In this document: positions 1 through 8,811 of the stretch, one piece after another
Layout: each line of letters opens with the position of its first letter
Position numbering within the stretch: position 1 is the first letter of the stretch
DNA from: a virus
Lineage: Duplodnaviria; Caudoviricetes
Virus record (IMG/VR): IMGVR_UViG_3300032255_000002
Coordinates: 1 to 59,541 of that record
Length of the DNA stretch: 59,541 bases
Reading direction: 5' to 3' (one strand)
Notes under the pieces: model-generated
Told to the model about the DNA's origin: nothing
What the model saw: the letters and a program-made list of their open reading frames with translations, nothing else
Databases searched by the model: none
Translations under genes and position numbers: made by a program

Positions 1-254
1 CACAGGCGATTGCTTGAACGTGCTTCGAACGATGGAAGACAACAGCGTTACAGCGGTTGTTACAGATCCTCCGTACGCTCTCGAATTTATGGGGCAAGGT
101 TGGGATAAGGTTCTTCCTTCTGCGGACATCTGGAGAGAAGCGCTGCGCGTTTTGAAACCTGGAGGAATGGCACTTGTCTTTGGCGGGACGCGAACGTATC
201 ACAGGCTTACTTGCAGTCTCGAAGATGCAGGGTTCGAGATTCGTGATTGCATGA
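1..254. repeat. Terminal direct repeat, left copy (circular overlap)
   Basis: 1-254 matches 59288-59541 except C127 vs T59414. Confidence 0.97.
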
Positions 255-1084
255 TGTGGCTTTATGGTTCGGGGTTTCCGAAGTCGCATGATATTTCGAA
301 GGCGATAGATAAAGAGGCGGGCGCGGAGAGGGAGAAAGGACCGTTGCATCCTGCTCCGGCAGGCAGAAGTGAGGCTTACTCGGGATTCGAAGGGGAAAGC
401 CCCATTTTCGGAGGAGGAGGAGCGGAAAGAGGGTTGACCGTAGATCCGCCCGCAACCGAAGACGCGAAAACCTGGAACGGCTACGGAACAGCGCTAAAAC
501 CCGCGTACGAACCGATCATCGTAGCAATGAAGCCGCTAACGCAAACATTCGCGAAGAACGCGATTAGCGAAGGCGTTGCGGGTTTGAACATCGAAGCGTG
601 TCGAGTAGGAACGGAAGAGGTAACGTCCGGAAGATGGCCCGCGAATGTTGTTCTGGATGAAGAGGCGGGTGCGCAGTTGGATGCGCAGAGCGGAATAACA
701 AAAGGCAGCGGACCGAGAACAGGGATTGTAGGGGGACACAAATTCGGAGGAGAGAAAGGACAGAACGGAACGCTAGTGGGTAAATGGCACGGGGATTCCG
801 GAGGAGCGTCTAGATTCTTCTACTGCGCAAAAGCATCGAACAAAGATCGAGGATATTGGAACGCGCACCCGACGGTAAAACCTCAAGAGCTAATGAGGCA
901 TCTTCTGCGGCTCGTAACGATGCCGAGCGGAACGATTGTTCTAGACCCGTTTATGGGCAGCGGAACAACTGGAGTAGTTTGTAAACAAGAAGGTCTGCAC
1001 TTCGTTGGCATCGAACGCAACAGCGTTTATGCGAAGTTGGCGAAGAGCAGAATTGAACAAGAAGAAAAGGTGAAGACGGAATGA
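1..1084 (+). CDS. N4-cytosine/N6-adenine DNA methyltransferase (beta class); true start is ATG 59268 across the circular junction
   Basis: GDCL..., TDPPY catalytic motif, HPTVKP and DPFMGSGTT SAM-binding motif. Confidence 0.93.
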   Translation, partial: TGDCLNVLRTMEDNSVTAVVTDPPYALEFMGQGWDKVLPSADIWREALRVLKPGGMALVFGGTRTYHRLTCSLEDAGFEIRDCMMWLYGSGFPKSHDISKAIDKEAGAEREKGPLHPAPAGRSEAYSGFEGESPIFGGGGAERGLTVDPPATEDAKTWNGYGTALKPAYEPIIVAMKPLTQTFAKNAISEGVAGLNIEACRVGTEEVTSGRWPANVVLDEEAGAQLDAQSGITKGSGPRTGIVGGHKFGGEKGQNGTLVGKWHGDSGGASRFFYCAKASNKDRGYWNAHPTVKPQELMRHLLRLVTMPSGTIVLDPFMGSGTTGVVCKQEGLHFVGIERNSVYAKLAKSRIEQEEKVKTE

Positions 1085-1182
1085 GTAAGTACAACCCGAA
1101 TTCGCCCGCAGTAAAAGAGATCGTAGCTGAAAGAAAATTGTTCGATTGTCAACCCCGAAGAAATGAAGGCAAATCCCAATGA
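1081..1182 (+). CDS. Small hypothetical protein (33 aa, MSKYNPNSPAVKE...)
   Basis: ATGA overlaps with both neighbouring ORFs; read manually. Confidence 0.45.
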   Translation: MSKYNPNSPAVKEIVAERKLFDCQPRRNEGKSQ

Positions 1183-1411
1183 GTAGCAAACTCTTCGAAT
1201 TCGATCTAGAAGATGGCTTGGTCTTAGCTATCCGTCCGACAGAGACTCCGAAAGGATCTCTTGATACGGCCATAAAACTCGAAGTCAAGAAAGTAGGTCC
1301 GTTAGCAACGGTCAATTGCGAGTGTGTTTTGAAAACTGAAGGCGGTACGGCAGTAGGTGTAGATATTTCCATAGCGAATTCCGAAGAAATGAAGGCAAAT
1401 CCCAATGAGTA
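1155..1411 (+). repeat. 31-bp perfect direct repeat CCGAAGAAATGAAGGCAAATCCCAATGAGTA at 1155-1185 and 1381-1411
   Basis: Direct sequence comparison. Confidence 0.95.
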
Positions 1412-1412
1412 A
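1179..1412 (+). CDS. Hypothetical protein lying between the direct repeats
   Basis: 77-aa ORF overlapping both neighbours. Confidence 0.6.
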   Translation: MSSKLFEFDLEDGLVLAIRPTETPKGSLDTAIKLEVKKVGPLATVNCECVLKTEGGTAVGVDISIANSEEMKANPNE

Positions 1413-2955
1413 CACAATCCCGAGACAATCCGAACTAAAAGGCGCGCTTCGACACGTTGCCGCAGAACTCGACACTCTTCTTTCAGAAGAAGAAAAGCAA
1501 CTCACGAAGTTTCAAGAGTTCGTAGACGCACTCGGAACCTTGTCGAAAGGCGAGCACCTTTACTTGCTCAAAGAACTTGCTGCGGATATGCGCAGCAAGA
1601 GTCTTGGAGACGTTGTAGACAACTTCGCGGATTTGCTTTCGCAGTACCAAGATTTACGCTTCGATCGCGTTCGCGAGCACAAAGTAGTTGGTATGCACAA
1701 CGATCCTGTTCCGGTTCCCGATCCCGACCCTGTTCCCGATCCCGACCCTGATCCCGATCCGGTTCCGCCTATCGTTACGATTCCTCCGGGACAACCTGCG
1801 TACATCGTCAAAGGACGTAGAGTCTTCAAAGGCTCGGAAGTCTTCTACACGGGAGGAAACGCGCTCGGCAAAGCAATCCAAGCTGCGAAAACGGGTCCCG
1901 GAAACTCGACTATCGCGATTGACGGATTCTGTGAATTCACGAAGACCTTTCCTTCTGAATTCTTCGCTTCGCACGTAGACATTGTTCCGTTCGAAGGCAA
2001 ACCCGCACGAATCCAGCGTCCGAGTTACAGCGGAGGCTACACGCTAACAGTTATGCCGGGAACGAACGGTGTTTCTCTCCATAACATCGGCATCGAACTT
2101 TGCCAATCGGGCGCGGGCGTTATGTGCGTCGAGCGTGGACCTAACGTTGCGCCGAACGACAGTTGGAACTTCTTCAACTGCTACAGCGTTGGACAGTTCG
2201 ACCATGCGACGGATTCAGGACCGCGAAGCAAGTGGATCTTCCTTCTAAACTTCGCGGCAAATTGGCAGATTATCGGAGGGCAATATCACGGATGCGAAGA
2301 AGAACACTTCTTGTACTCGCACAACTTGCTAGGAGATTTCTTAGTCAAGGATGTTACTTGCACGCGAATGGGGAGAACGTTTTGCCAGTTCGTTTCGAGG
2401 AACACGGAAGGTGTTTCAGGACTTCCGGCAGGACAAGGAACGATCACGGTTCAAGGGAACGTTATTGCGGATACCGGAATTTCCCTAAAAGACGCTCGAA
2501 GAGGCGGGAGCACGTTAACCGTTGCGGGTAGGCATCTTGGGGACGTTCACTTTATCGAGAACTACATTACGCAGGGTTTCGATCAAACGTACGCGGGAAT
2601 GGTTAAGTATCCGGGCCTTGCGCAAGCGATCAAAGCGCAAGCGAAAGAGGGAATCATCGGCAACGGTCTTGCTGCTATCTGGAAGTCAAACAAGGTTGCG
2701 GAACGAAACGAGTACGTTGAAATTTCGCGCAATATTCTTCACCAAAATAAAGCTGTTGCCGGAAGTGACGCTGTTTTAGTTCTCGACGGAACTAAAACCA
2801 TTGAGTGTAGAGGGAACAATATCCTCGCTGGAAAGAGCGGACAAGCCGCGCATTGGAACAGGCCGGGACAAGCTCCCGTAGACAAGTTTATTTGGGAAGA
2901 CAACGATACACACGGAGCGCCCGTCTATAAGAACGGCAAGGTTTGGCAAAAATGA
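1405..2955 (+). CDS. Right-handed beta-helix (pectin lyase-like) protein with a helical N-terminus and PD-rich linker
   Basis: Repeating I.xN.I / V.GN.I strand pattern; DPVPVPDPDPVPDPDPDPDP linker. Confidence 0.6.
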   Translation: MSNTIPRQSELKGALRHVAAELDTLLSEEEKQLTKFQEFVDALGTLSKGEHLYLLKELAADMRSKSLGDVVDNFADLLSQYQDLRFDRVREHKVVGMHNDPVPVPDPDPVPDPDPDPDPVPPIVTIPPGQPAYIVKGRRVFKGSEVFYTGGNALGKAIQAAKTGPGNSTIAIDGFCEFTKTFPSEFFASHVDIVPFEGKPARIQRPSYSGGYTLTVMPGTNGVSLHNIGIELCQSGAGVMCVERGPNVAPNDSWNFFNCYSVGQFDHATDSGPRSKWIFLLNFAANWQIIGGQYHGCEEEHFLYSHNLLGDFLVKDVTCTRMGRTFCQFVSRNTEGVSGLPAGQGTITVQGNVIADTGISLKDARRGGSTLTVAGRHLGDVHFIENYITQGFDQTYAGMVKYPGLAQAIKAQAKEGIIGNGLAAIWKSNKVAERNEYVEISRNILHQNKAVAGSDAVLVLDGTKTIECRGNNILAGKSGQAAHWNRPGQAPVDKFIWEDNDTHGAPVYKNGKVWQK

Positions 2956-3476
2956 AAACACTAATCGAAACTCTGAAATGGTCTGCGGTTCTGGCATTGA
3001 CAATTCTCGGCAGTTGCCAATGGGTACGAAGCGTTGTAGACGCGGAAGTAGCGACGAACCCGACGCTTGCTAGCGAGTACGCGCAAGCCACACAGATTCG
3101 AGATGCAAAACTCGCAGCGTTGACGGAAGCAAAAGAAACGGGCGCTCCTCCTTCTGCATACGCGACACAACAAGCGGAGTTCGACCAAGCGCAGAAAGCT
3201 GTTGAAGCCGTAGAGACGCGCATCGTCCAAGAAAAAGGCGCACCTTGGGTTGCAATGATCGGAAGTATTCATCCCGCAGCAGGAGGAGCCGCAGCAGCCG
3301 CGTTGAATACAACACTTGCGTTCACGTTCTCTGGTACGCGGAGAAAGCTAATCAAAGACGCGGTAAAGAAACTCAATCCCGCAAAGGGAAAGATCGACAT
3401 TATCGGAGCCGCTACGGACATTCTCAAAGCGAACACTATTGCTCACAAAAAACCCGCTACCCTTACGGCAGCTTAG
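2952..3476 (+). CDS. Putative lipoprotein/membrane protein (spanin-like position)
   Basis: N-terminal hydrophobic stretch ending in LGSC lipobox-like motif; coiled coil; second hydrophobic segment. Confidence 0.5.
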   Translation: MKTLIETLKWSAVLALTILGSCQWVRSVVDAEVATNPTLASEYAQATQIRDAKLAALTEAKETGAPPSAYATQQAEFDQAQKAVEAVETRIVQEKGAPWVAMIGSIHPAAGGAAAAALNTTLAFTFSGTRRKLIKDAVKKLNPAKGKIDIIGAATDILKANTIAHKKPATLTAA

Positions 3477-3486
3477 ATAAGAAACG

Positions 3487-3708
3487 ATGTTTCCCTTGGT
3501 AGACCAATCAGACCACGACTTGCTAGTAGGACTCTCTTCCGAAATGGGGACGGTTTCGCGAGAGGTCAAAGAGATTCGTAGAGAGCTACGAGAAGATTTA
3601 GTTACTCGATTAGAGTTTCTTCCCGTGCAGAGGTTGGTTTACGGAGGAGTTGCGTCCGCACTTCTTGCGGTTATCGGAGCGTTGATTTCTCTCGTCTTAG
3701 CTAAGTAA
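3487..3708 (+). CDS. Putative holin-like small membrane protein
   Basis: Coiled-coil N-terminus plus one C-terminal TM helix, as in phage lysis clusters. Confidence 0.5.
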   Translation: MFPLVDQSDHDLLVGLSSEMGTVSREVKEIRRELREDLVTRLEFLPVQRLVYGGVASALLAVIGALISLVLAK

Positions 3709-4256
3709 TGGGATATCTAGTAGCGATTTTAGGTGCGGCTGTCTTGCTTGGAGGTTGGGTTCTGGACTTAGAGATTTTACGCTCGCCCTTTCCAGAAACA
3801 GCGAGCGTGAAACCTCTAGCTGCGGTTGGGTTCATCCTGCTCGGAATTTCAACGCAGCTAGCTTCGCAAACGTCCCACAGACTTCGTGGAGCGTCCAACG
3901 CGACAGCATCTCTAACTATTCTACTCGTTGGCTACACGGCTCTTGCCGCGAAGATAGGGAACAGCGCTCTTCTTCTTTCTGATACATATCAACAGAAAAT
4001 GACAGAGGTTCCGGGAGAGCCAAGTATAGGAACTCTTCTGTGCTTTTTGCTTCTTTCAGGAGCGAGCCTTATCCGTTCAATGGATATTAAAACGAGAGGG
4101 GCAGGAATCGCAGCGATGATGTTCGCGGCTGCTTCTTTTGCAGGGTATCTTTTCGAAATTCCGGAATTGTACTGGAGAGTTGAAGGCATTAGTACAGCGA
4201 TGCCGTTTTACGCGGCATGTTTCATAGGTCTTCTTGGGTGGAAGTACTCACGATGA
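3708..4256 (+). CDS. Multi-pass membrane protein resembling the sensor domain of bacterial kinases/GGDEF proteins
   Basis: LGGWVLDLEIL.SP.P...VKP..A..F and GYLF.IP.LY...TAM pattern; about 5-6 TM helices. Confidence 0.55.
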   Translation: MGYLVAILGAAVLLGGWVLDLEILRSPFPETASVKPLAAVGFILLGISTQLASQTSHRLRGASNATASLTILLVGYTALAAKIGNSALLLSDTYQQKMTEVPGEPSIGTLLCFLLLSGASLIRSMDIKTRGAGIAAMMFAAASFAGYLFEIPELYWRVEGISTAMPFYAACFIGLLGWKYSR

Positions 4257-5824
4257 GTTTAGAAGTAACACCCGGGAGCACACTCCCGAAACGAACAGAG
4301 GGAACGCTAACTAGCAAAGAAGCAGACCGTGTAGACGTTCTCTCCGCAGCGTATCAACATATGGCGAAGCGTTGGCCCCTGCTGGACATGCTCCGCAAAG
4401 GAGGAACGCAAGAGTTGCGCAACGAATCGCAGCAATGGCTTCCTAGAATGGACATGGAGACGCAGCAAGCGTACACCGACCGTGTTTCGCGATCCTATCT
4501 GTTTATGGCTTACGACAGCGCGATCGCAACAGCGGTTGCGCAACCCTTCAGTAAAGCAGTCACAGTAAAAGGAAACTTGTCGGAACGTCTTGCACCGATT
4601 GAGAAAGACGCGGACAGACAAGGAACAACGCTTTCTAAGTTTGCAGAGAACCTATACGAAGATGCCGTAGATCGAGGGATTACGCACCTTCTTGTTGATT
4701 TCCCGGAGTTTGGACGCGAACTGAACTTACGGCAGGAGCTAGAGAACGAAGTACGTCCGTACTTTACGCATCTTCCTGCCGCAAACTTAATCGGATGGAC
4801 GTATCGCGAGGCTATTAACGGAGGCTTGGAAATAACGAGCGTCCGTATTCTCGAAGAGCGAGAAGAGGCAAAAGGAAAGTACGGCAGAGTTCCCGCAGAT
4901 TACATTCGCGTAGTTACGTTCGTGTACGAATCGGACATAGAACGAGCGAAGGCTCTAGGAGTGGATGTTCCGAAAGGAACGATGCAACTTCACAAGAGAG
5001 CAGCAGGAGAAGAGGAGTTTCTCCCAGAAGAAGAGGAGCGCACACACGACTTCGTAGGCTGCAACCTAGTTACGCTTTACACGAACCAAGTAGGCTTACT
5101 TGTCGGAGAACCTCCGTTGTGGAAACTTGCAGAACTGAACCTGAAACACGCGCAATGTGACTCAGATCACCAAAACATTCTGCACTATACTTCTATTCCG
5201 ATGTTGTTCGCGGCAGGATTCGAGGAAGAGCAAGTAGACGAAGGAGTAGAGATCGGGCCGCGTAGAATGATCTCTACAACGAACCCACAAGCGAAAGTTT
5301 CGTATGTTGAGCACAACGGAACAGCGATAAGCAGCGGAACGAAGAACATCGACAAGATTGAGATGCAAATGGTCTCTCTCGGAATGGAGCCGTTCGTCGA
5401 AAAGGTTGCCAAGCAAACCGCGAAGGGTCAAGAGATCGACTCTCAGAAAACAACTTCGGATGCAAAGCGTTGGGTGCGAGCTACGGAAGGTGCGCTTCTT
5501 TCCGCTCTGAAGATCGCCGCGAAATGGGTAGAGGAAGAACTAGACGAAGACGTAAAGGTAGAAATCTACGATGATTTCGGCGCGTTGAGCCGTGCAGCCG
5601 AGGAAGTTAAAGACCTGAACTTTGCGCGTAAGAACAAGGATATCGACCAAGAAACGTACCTTGCGGAACTCAAGAAGAGGCAACGCATTTCGGAAGATGC
5701 GGATATAGATGCGATCATTGCAAAAACGGAGAGTGAGAAAGAGAACTCTGCTTCTGAAATGAATGCTCTTCTTGGTATTGGCGACGAAGACGAAGAAGAG
5801 ACCGAGACCGAAGACGAAGACTAG
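4253..5824 (+). CDS. Portal protein (DUF4055-like)
   Basis: WLP..ETQQAY..R..RS, HLLVDFP, RPYF..LIGW and PPL.LA.LN..H.Q..SD motifs; precedes MuF. Confidence 0.9.
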   Translation: MSLEVTPGSTLPKRTEGTLTSKEADRVDVLSAAYQHMAKRWPLLDMLRKGGTQELRNESQQWLPRMDMETQQAYTDRVSRSYLFMAYDSAIATAVAQPFSKAVTVKGNLSERLAPIEKDADRQGTTLSKFAENLYEDAVDRGITHLLVDFPEFGRELNLRQELENEVRPYFTHLPAANLIGWTYREAINGGLEITSVRILEEREEAKGKYGRVPADYIRVVTFVYESDIERAKALGVDVPKGTMQLHKRAAGEEEFLPEEEERTHDFVGCNLVTLYTNQVGLLVGEPPLWKLAELNLKHAQCDSDHQNILHYTSIPMLFAAGFEEEQVDEGVEIGPRRMISTTNPQAKVSYVEHNGTAISSGTKNIDKIEMQMVSLGMEPFVEKVAKQTAKGQEIDSQKTTSDAKRWVRATEGALLSALKIAAKWVEEELDEDVKVEIYDDFGALSRAAEEVKDLNFARKNKDIDQETYLAELKKRQRISEDADIDAIIAKTESEKENSASEMNALLGIGDEDEEETETEDED

Positions 5825-5831
5825 ACCGAAG

Positions 5832-7697
5832 ATGGTATTTCGTAATGCAAACTTCGATCTACAAGACGAAGCAATTCGGCATCTCGTCTTTATGCAGAGA
5901 TATTCAGACGGAGAAGTACGGCGATTACTCGCCTTTCTAAACAAGGAACTGTACCCCGCACTAATCGCAAAAGTAGCTTCGACTATGGCCGCAACGACTG
6001 TGAAAGGTGTTGGGCGAAACGTACAAAGCACCCAGAAACTAGCAAACTTGGTTAAGCAAATCAGCAAGATAACGAATACGAAGATGAGCGATGCTCGGGC
6101 TCGACTTGTGGATTCGCTTACCGATTTCGCATCTTCGGAAGCTGAAACCGTACAGGCCGGATTGCGAAACAAACTTCCCGCGATCATAGACGTTAGCCAG
6201 CCTCCCGCAGCGCTTCTGAAGTCTATTGTTACTGCGCGTCCTATGCGCGGACAACATATTCGAGATCACTTCAATACGTTGAGCAAGTCTCTACAGACGA
6301 AGGTAGTTTCTGCGGTAAACGTTGGACTTGCCGAAGGTCAATCCACAGACCAAATCACGAAGGCCGCTCTTCGCGCTACGAACACTTCGCGAAACCAAGT
6401 GAAGACGATTGTGCAAACTGCGGTAACGCATACGTCTTCACACGCTCGCGAAGAGACGTATAAAGCGAACGATGATATGGTGAAAGGGGTTCGCTACTTG
6501 GCAACACTGGATTCTGTCACAAGCATTATTTGCGGAGCGCTTGACGGACAGATTTTCCGAGTGGGGAGCGGACCAAGACCTGCGATGCACCCGAACTGCC
6601 GTTCGACAACTACTCCCGTTCTAAAGAGCTTCGAGGAACTCGGGTTCAAGGGACTGAAAGACGTTCCGGAAAGTACGCGAGCGGGTTTGAACGGACAAGT
6701 TCCCGCGAAAACAACGTACGAAGATTGGCTCAAGAGACAGTCTGTTGCAGATCAAAATAGAATCCTCGGCAAAGGAAAAGCAGACTTGTTCCGAAAAGGA
6801 ACTCCGCTCAAGAAGTTTACGAGTGCTGGAAACAAGCCGTTCACTCTTGGACAACTTCGCAAGCGCGACGGGCTGAAGCCTCTTCCGAAGAAGCCGCGTG
6901 TTGTTCCGAGGAAAGACGGGAAAACGAAGCCGAGGAAACCGAAGGTTGTTCCGAGGAAAACGGTTCCGAAGGAAGCTCCTGCGATTCCTGTTCGGGGTGC
7001 GACTGTGGAGCCGCCTATCTCGAAAACGTTTCTTAGTGCGAAGGGGAAACCGCTCCCTCTTGAAGAACAAGCTGCGAAGTTGAAGGAGATTTATCCGGCT
7101 CTTAGGATCAACAGGCTAAAAGGAAAAAACACAACAGCTATAGCAAACATCTTCACAGCACTAGAGAAGTTTGCCGGAGATGTTCCGAAATCTGCGCAGC
7201 AGATTACAAACCTTAATTTTCCAACTCTTAGAAAGGGCAACCCCGCGAGAGCTAGGTTTATGACCAACACTCAAACAGGGTTGACGGACCGAATAGACCT
7301 TGAGTTTAGTTCCCGCTACTTCGGGGCTACGAAACTGGCTAAGACGAAAGAAATGCTAAAACATGCGGTAGATACTAATTTCTTAGCGAGCGGGACGATT
7401 CAGAGTGTAGCGCACCACGAACTCGGACACGTTTATAGCTTTACGATGAATAGAGCTACGCGAACGCAAGTGAAAGGATGGATTCGAAATAACCCTCCTA
7501 CGCAAAATCAGCTTTCGCAGTACGGACTTACTAATTCCGAAGAGGGTTTTGCAGAAGCTTGGGGGGTTTTGAATACACAAGGTTCAAAGGGAAATCCTTG
7601 GGTGGAGGAATATTCAAAGCAGCTTCTAAAGGCACACGAAGATGCTGTTACCGGAGAGACATTTATTCCCCAATTCCTGAAGGACTTAGCCAAATGA
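5832..7697 (+). CDS. MuF (gpF/SPP1 gp7-like) minor head protein with a C-terminal zincin metallopeptidase-like extension
   Basis: ATLD..TS.IC..LDG and P.HPNCRS MuF motifs; C-terminal HHELGH...SQYG...EEGFAE. Confidence 0.88.
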   Translation: MVFRNANFDLQDEAIRHLVFMQRYSDGEVRRLLAFLNKELYPALIAKVASTMAATTVKGVGRNVQSTQKLANLVKQISKITNTKMSDARARLVDSLTDFASSEAETVQAGLRNKLPAIIDVSQPPAALLKSIVTARPMRGQHIRDHFNTLSKSLQTKVVSAVNVGLAEGQSTDQITKAALRATNTSRNQVKTIVQTAVTHTSSHAREETYKANDDMVKGVRYLATLDSVTSIICGALDGQIFRVGSGPRPAMHPNCRSTTTPVLKSFEELGFKGLKDVPESTRAGLNGQVPAKTTYEDWLKRQSVADQNRILGKGKADLFRKGTPLKKFTSAGNKPFTLGQLRKRDGLKPLPKKPRVVPRKDGKTKPRKPKVVPRKTVPKEAPAIPVRGATVEPPISKTFLSAKGKPLPLEEQAAKLKEIYPALRINRLKGKNTTAIANIFTALEKFAGDVPKSAQQITNLNFPTLRKGNPARARFMTNTQTGLTDRIDLEFSSRYFGATKLAKTKEMLKHAVDTNFLASGTIQSVAHHELGHVYSFTMNRATRTQVKGWIRNNPPTQNQLSQYGLTNSEEGFAEAWGVLNTQGSKGNPWVEEYSKQLLKAHEDAVTGETFIPQFLKDLAK

Positions 7698-7876
7698 AAA
7701 TCAAGCTCGAAGGAATTGAATTCGATGCGGCAATGATTGCCTTCGAAGACGGGTTCGACGCTGCTACCGAAGGAAGGCCGAGAACAGAGTCGGAGAAGCA
7801 GAAACCACTACTAAAAGCACATTGGCTTGCCGGGTATGACAAGTCAAAGAAGATAGAAACACAAAAATCGAAGTAG
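7694..7876 (+). CDS. Small RMF-like protein, possible immunity partner of the MuF extension
   Basis: AFEDGFDAA.EGR....WLAGY pattern; ATGA-coupled to MuF. Confidence 0.45.
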   Translation: MKIKLEGIEFDAAMIAFEDGFDAATEGRPRTESEKQKPLLKAHWLAGYDKSKKIETQKSK

Positions 7877-7922
7877 GAAACTTCGCAAACACTTATACAA
7901 GCGGGAAGCTTAGGAATTAGAA

Positions 7923-8714
7923 ATGGCACTTGGACACATTACAAAAGAAGCCTTCGAAGGTCTACACGAAGTTATGCAGGGAGAGTATGAGCCGTTGGAA
8001 AACGGAACGTATCAACTCAAGGTAGAGGGCTCGGATGGTTGGGCGTTTGAAAACGTCAAAGCTCTGAAGTCGGCTCTTGAGACGGAACGCGGAAACGCTA
8101 CGCGCAACGCTCAAGCTCTAAAGAAGTTCGAGGGTATCGACCTTGACGAAGCTAAAGCAGCACTCGCCAAAAAGAGTGTTTACGAAAGCCACGATCCGAC
8201 GAAGAGCATCGAGGAAGCGCGGGAAGCGTTGAAGAAAGAGCTTACTTCTCAGTTCCAAAAAGAGAAGGAGATCGAGCAACAGCGTACAACGAAGCTAACC
8301 GGACAACTTGAAAAGCTTTTGAAGACGGACGCACTTACGAAAGCGATTCTTGCAGAGAAAGGAAGCCCGACCCTGTTGGTTCCTGCGCTGCAAAACTCCG
8401 TTCAAATGCGCGAAACAGATACGGGAGATCTCGTCGTTAAGGTAGTCGGTCCCGATGGAAACGAACGAGTAGGAGACTCGAACGGCTCTCCTATGACCAT
8501 CGACCAACTAGTAAAAGAAATCAAAGAGCAGCCGGATTATCAGGTTGCGTTTACAGGAGTTGCTAAAGGCGGAACGGGAACTCGCACAACAGAAACGGGC
8601 GGCGGGACGCTGCAAACGTCTGGAGGAGTCTTGAAGATTTCTCGCGGGGACCAAGAAGCGATTAACAATAACTTTGAAAAAATTGCGACGGGCGAAGCCG
8701 TTGTAGTTGACTAG
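7923..8714 (+). CDS. Capsid scaffolding protein
   Basis: LKSALETER, long coiled coil, GGTG tail; directly upstream of capsid. Confidence 0.85.
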   Translation: MALGHITKEAFEGLHEVMQGEYEPLENGTYQLKVEGSDGWAFENVKALKSALETERGNATRNAQALKKFEGIDLDEAKAALAKKSVYESHDPTKSIEEAREALKKELTSQFQKEKEIEQQRTTKLTGQLEKLLKTDALTKAILAEKGSPTLLVPALQNSVQMRETDTGDLVVKVVGPDGNERVGDSNGSPMTIDQLVKEIKEQPDYQVAFTGVAKGGTGTRTTETGGGTLQTSGGVLKISRGDQEAINNNFEKIATGEAVVVD

Positions 8715-8735
8715 ATAGAACTTAGATAGCACGCA

Positions 8736-8767
8736 GCGCGGGACGCGCAACTAAACCGGGACGGTTT
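8736..8767 (+). promoter_or_regulatory. Two tandem GGA-loop hairpins (CsrA/RsmA-type sites) in the capsid leader
   Basis: GCGCG-GGA-CGCGC at 8736-8748 and AAACCG-GGA-CGGTTT at 8753-8767. Confidence 0.6.
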
Positions 8768-8811
8768 CGAAAACAAGATCTATTGCCCACTAAATCCAAA
8801 GGAAAACCAAA

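Noticed and set aside
1700-1770. CCCGAT/CCCGAC tandem repeat
   Set aside because: It encodes the Pro-Asp linker of ORF 1405
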